Positions 63,075-64,000 of a DNA stretch of 64,000 nt are shown one piece after another (position 1 is the first letter of the stretch; every line of letters begins with the position of its first letter). The DNA is from Bacteroidia bacterium (GTDB lineage Bacteria; Bacteroidota; Bacteroidia; NS11-12g; UBA955): contig JAMNXP010000003.1 of NCBI GenBank assembly GCA_023653095.1, positions 128,835 to 192,834 on the forward strand. The letters are read 5' to 3'. Both the position numbers and the translations under genes were made by a program. Below the pieces are notes generated by a model. It saw only the letters and a list, made by a program, of their open reading frames with translations. It was not told the DNA's origin and made no database searches.

Positions 63075-63833
63075 CTAATCTGCCGGATACATCACCTTCA
63101 AGCGAAATCCCATCGCCGTCAATTTCTCCACAAAATCGTTGATCTCACGTATGTCTGCATGTCGGGTCTGAATATCAAAAATAACCTCTCTGAAAATCTC
63201 CATGCAATGCGCTCCGTGATAGACCTCCCGATGAAATTTTTGCTCTTCCATAAAAGGTAAAACATCTTCCAATTTCAATCCATCGGCAAAATCATCGTCA
63301 ATTGACAACGTCGATTCCCCCGGCCCCCAATAGGCCACATAAATGGGAAAATGATTGCACGGCAAAGGCAAAATATACTGATCTGCCACAAAATGCTCAT
63401 CGAATTTCGACACATTCCTGGCCCATCCAAACTTCTGCCAGTCAACATCTTCAAACTTGCTCAGCGAATCGTATCGCTCCAACCCCACCGCCACATTTAA
63501 CCAAGTATCTCGCTCCGTAACAATATCTAAAATAGCCCAAGGCTGTAGCCATTTCGATGTATCTTTTTTTTCTCGGGGGATGTTTTTTCTTCCGAGTTTC
63601 AAACCCAACAACGACTGCCCTTGCCCGCCAACGTGTTTCTCAAATAAGGTGTTCGACATTAACCCCAACTCCATATCAAACGAGTCACCAAACAGCGAAT
63701 CTAAGTGTTTTTGCATCCCTTGGTAAGACGAATCTTTATAGGCCCAAAAACTAAAATCACCACCGGTATGTTGTGCTTTTCCGGAAATTGGGAGGATAAA
63801 TAATCCCCAGAAAAGAAGAAAAATTTTATTCAT
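63075..63833 (-). CDS. Hypothetical secreted protein
   Basis: Signal peptide from the ATG at 63833 (MNKIFLLFWGLFILPISGKAQ). I recognise no family. Confidence 0.45.
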   Translation of the reverse strand: MNKIFLLFWGLFILPISGKAQHTGGDFSFWAYKDSSYQGMQKHLDSLFGDSFDMELGLMSNTLFEKHVGGQGQSLLGLKLGRKNIPREKKDTSKWLQPWAILDIVTERDTWLNVAVGLERYDSLSKFEDVDWQKFGWARNVSKFDEHFVADQYILPLPCNHFPIYVAYWGPGESTLSIDDDFADGLKLEDVLPFMEEQKFHREVYHGAHCMEIFREVIFDIQTRHADIREINDFVEKLTAMGFRLKVMYPAD

Positions 63834-63858
63834 GTTCAATGCATCTTTGCGATAACAA

Positions 63859-64000
63859 AATGGAAACGAGTTCAATAATAGATAAAACCATCAATTATGT
63901 TCAGCAGACATTGAAAAATTCTGAAGGCGGGCACGACTGGTGGCACACCCACAGAGTGTATTTAAACGCCCAAAAAATTGCAAGCGGCGAACCTGAAATT
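63859..64000 (+). CDS. HD-domain phosphohydrolase, N-terminal fragment (runs off the right edge of the window)
   Basis: My own translation gives METSSIIDKTINYVQQTLKNSEGGHDWWHTHRVYLNAQKIASGEPEI. GHDWWHTHRV is typical of HD-domain proteins. The ORF is not in the track because it has no stop in the window. Confidence 0.6.

Noticed and set aside
1-64000. Looked across the window for mobile elements, integrases, transposases, prophage genes, toxin-antitoxin pairs, restriction-modification or other defence systems, and tRNA or rRNA genes.
   Set aside because: No ORF carries recognisable motifs for these. No intergenic gap is long enough or cloverleaf-like for a tRNA. The window appears to be stable core chromosome plus nutrient-acquisition loci.

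Overview
This 64 kb window looks like a Bacteroidota chromosome segment, probably Flavobacteriia-like. Three things support that: four proteins with T9SS C-terminal sorting domains, a SusC/SusD pair, and several TAnnTTTG -7 promoter boxes with no Shine-Dalgarno sequences. The sequence looks AT-rich by eye, but I did not compute composition.

Most of the window is densely packed core housekeeping:
- menF and a thioesterase
- rpsT, and the rplM-rpsI-rpsB-tsf cluster followed by pyrH
- trhO, dusB, cdsA, sucA, rlmD, nadC and rluD
- thyA, a 2-oxoacid dehydrogenase E2, asd and murQ
- the rimP-nusA-infB operon

Several outer-membrane nutrient-acquisition modules are interspersed with these genes:
- LTD protein / TonB-dependent receptor / endonuclease I operon, with a divergent split 5'-nucleotidase. 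I interpret this as an extracellular nucleic-acid scavenging locus.
- TonB-dependent receptor + DUF4249 pair.
- TPP-riboswitch-controlled TonB-dependent receptor.
- SusC-SusD-PKD/CBM-GH16 locus of the laminarin/beta-glucan PUL type, next to a T9SS-secreted GH13 amylase.

Other notable items:
- an orphan MBOAT O-acyltransferase pair
- four DUF1573 paralogs around a SIMPL-like gene
- a 13-unit degenerate heptanucleotide tandem array (CAGCCGT consensus) in the predicted 5' leader of a small conserved hypothetical gene
- a terminator-like hairpin in the leader of rimP-nusA-infB

I saw no rRNA or tRNA genes, CRISPR arrays, transposases, integrases or recognisable defence systems. No single locus is demonstrably a new system. 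The nucleic-acid scavenging locus, the heptamer array and the DUF1573/SIMPL cluster are the best candidates for follow-up. All family assignments rest on motif recognition by eye, not on database searches.
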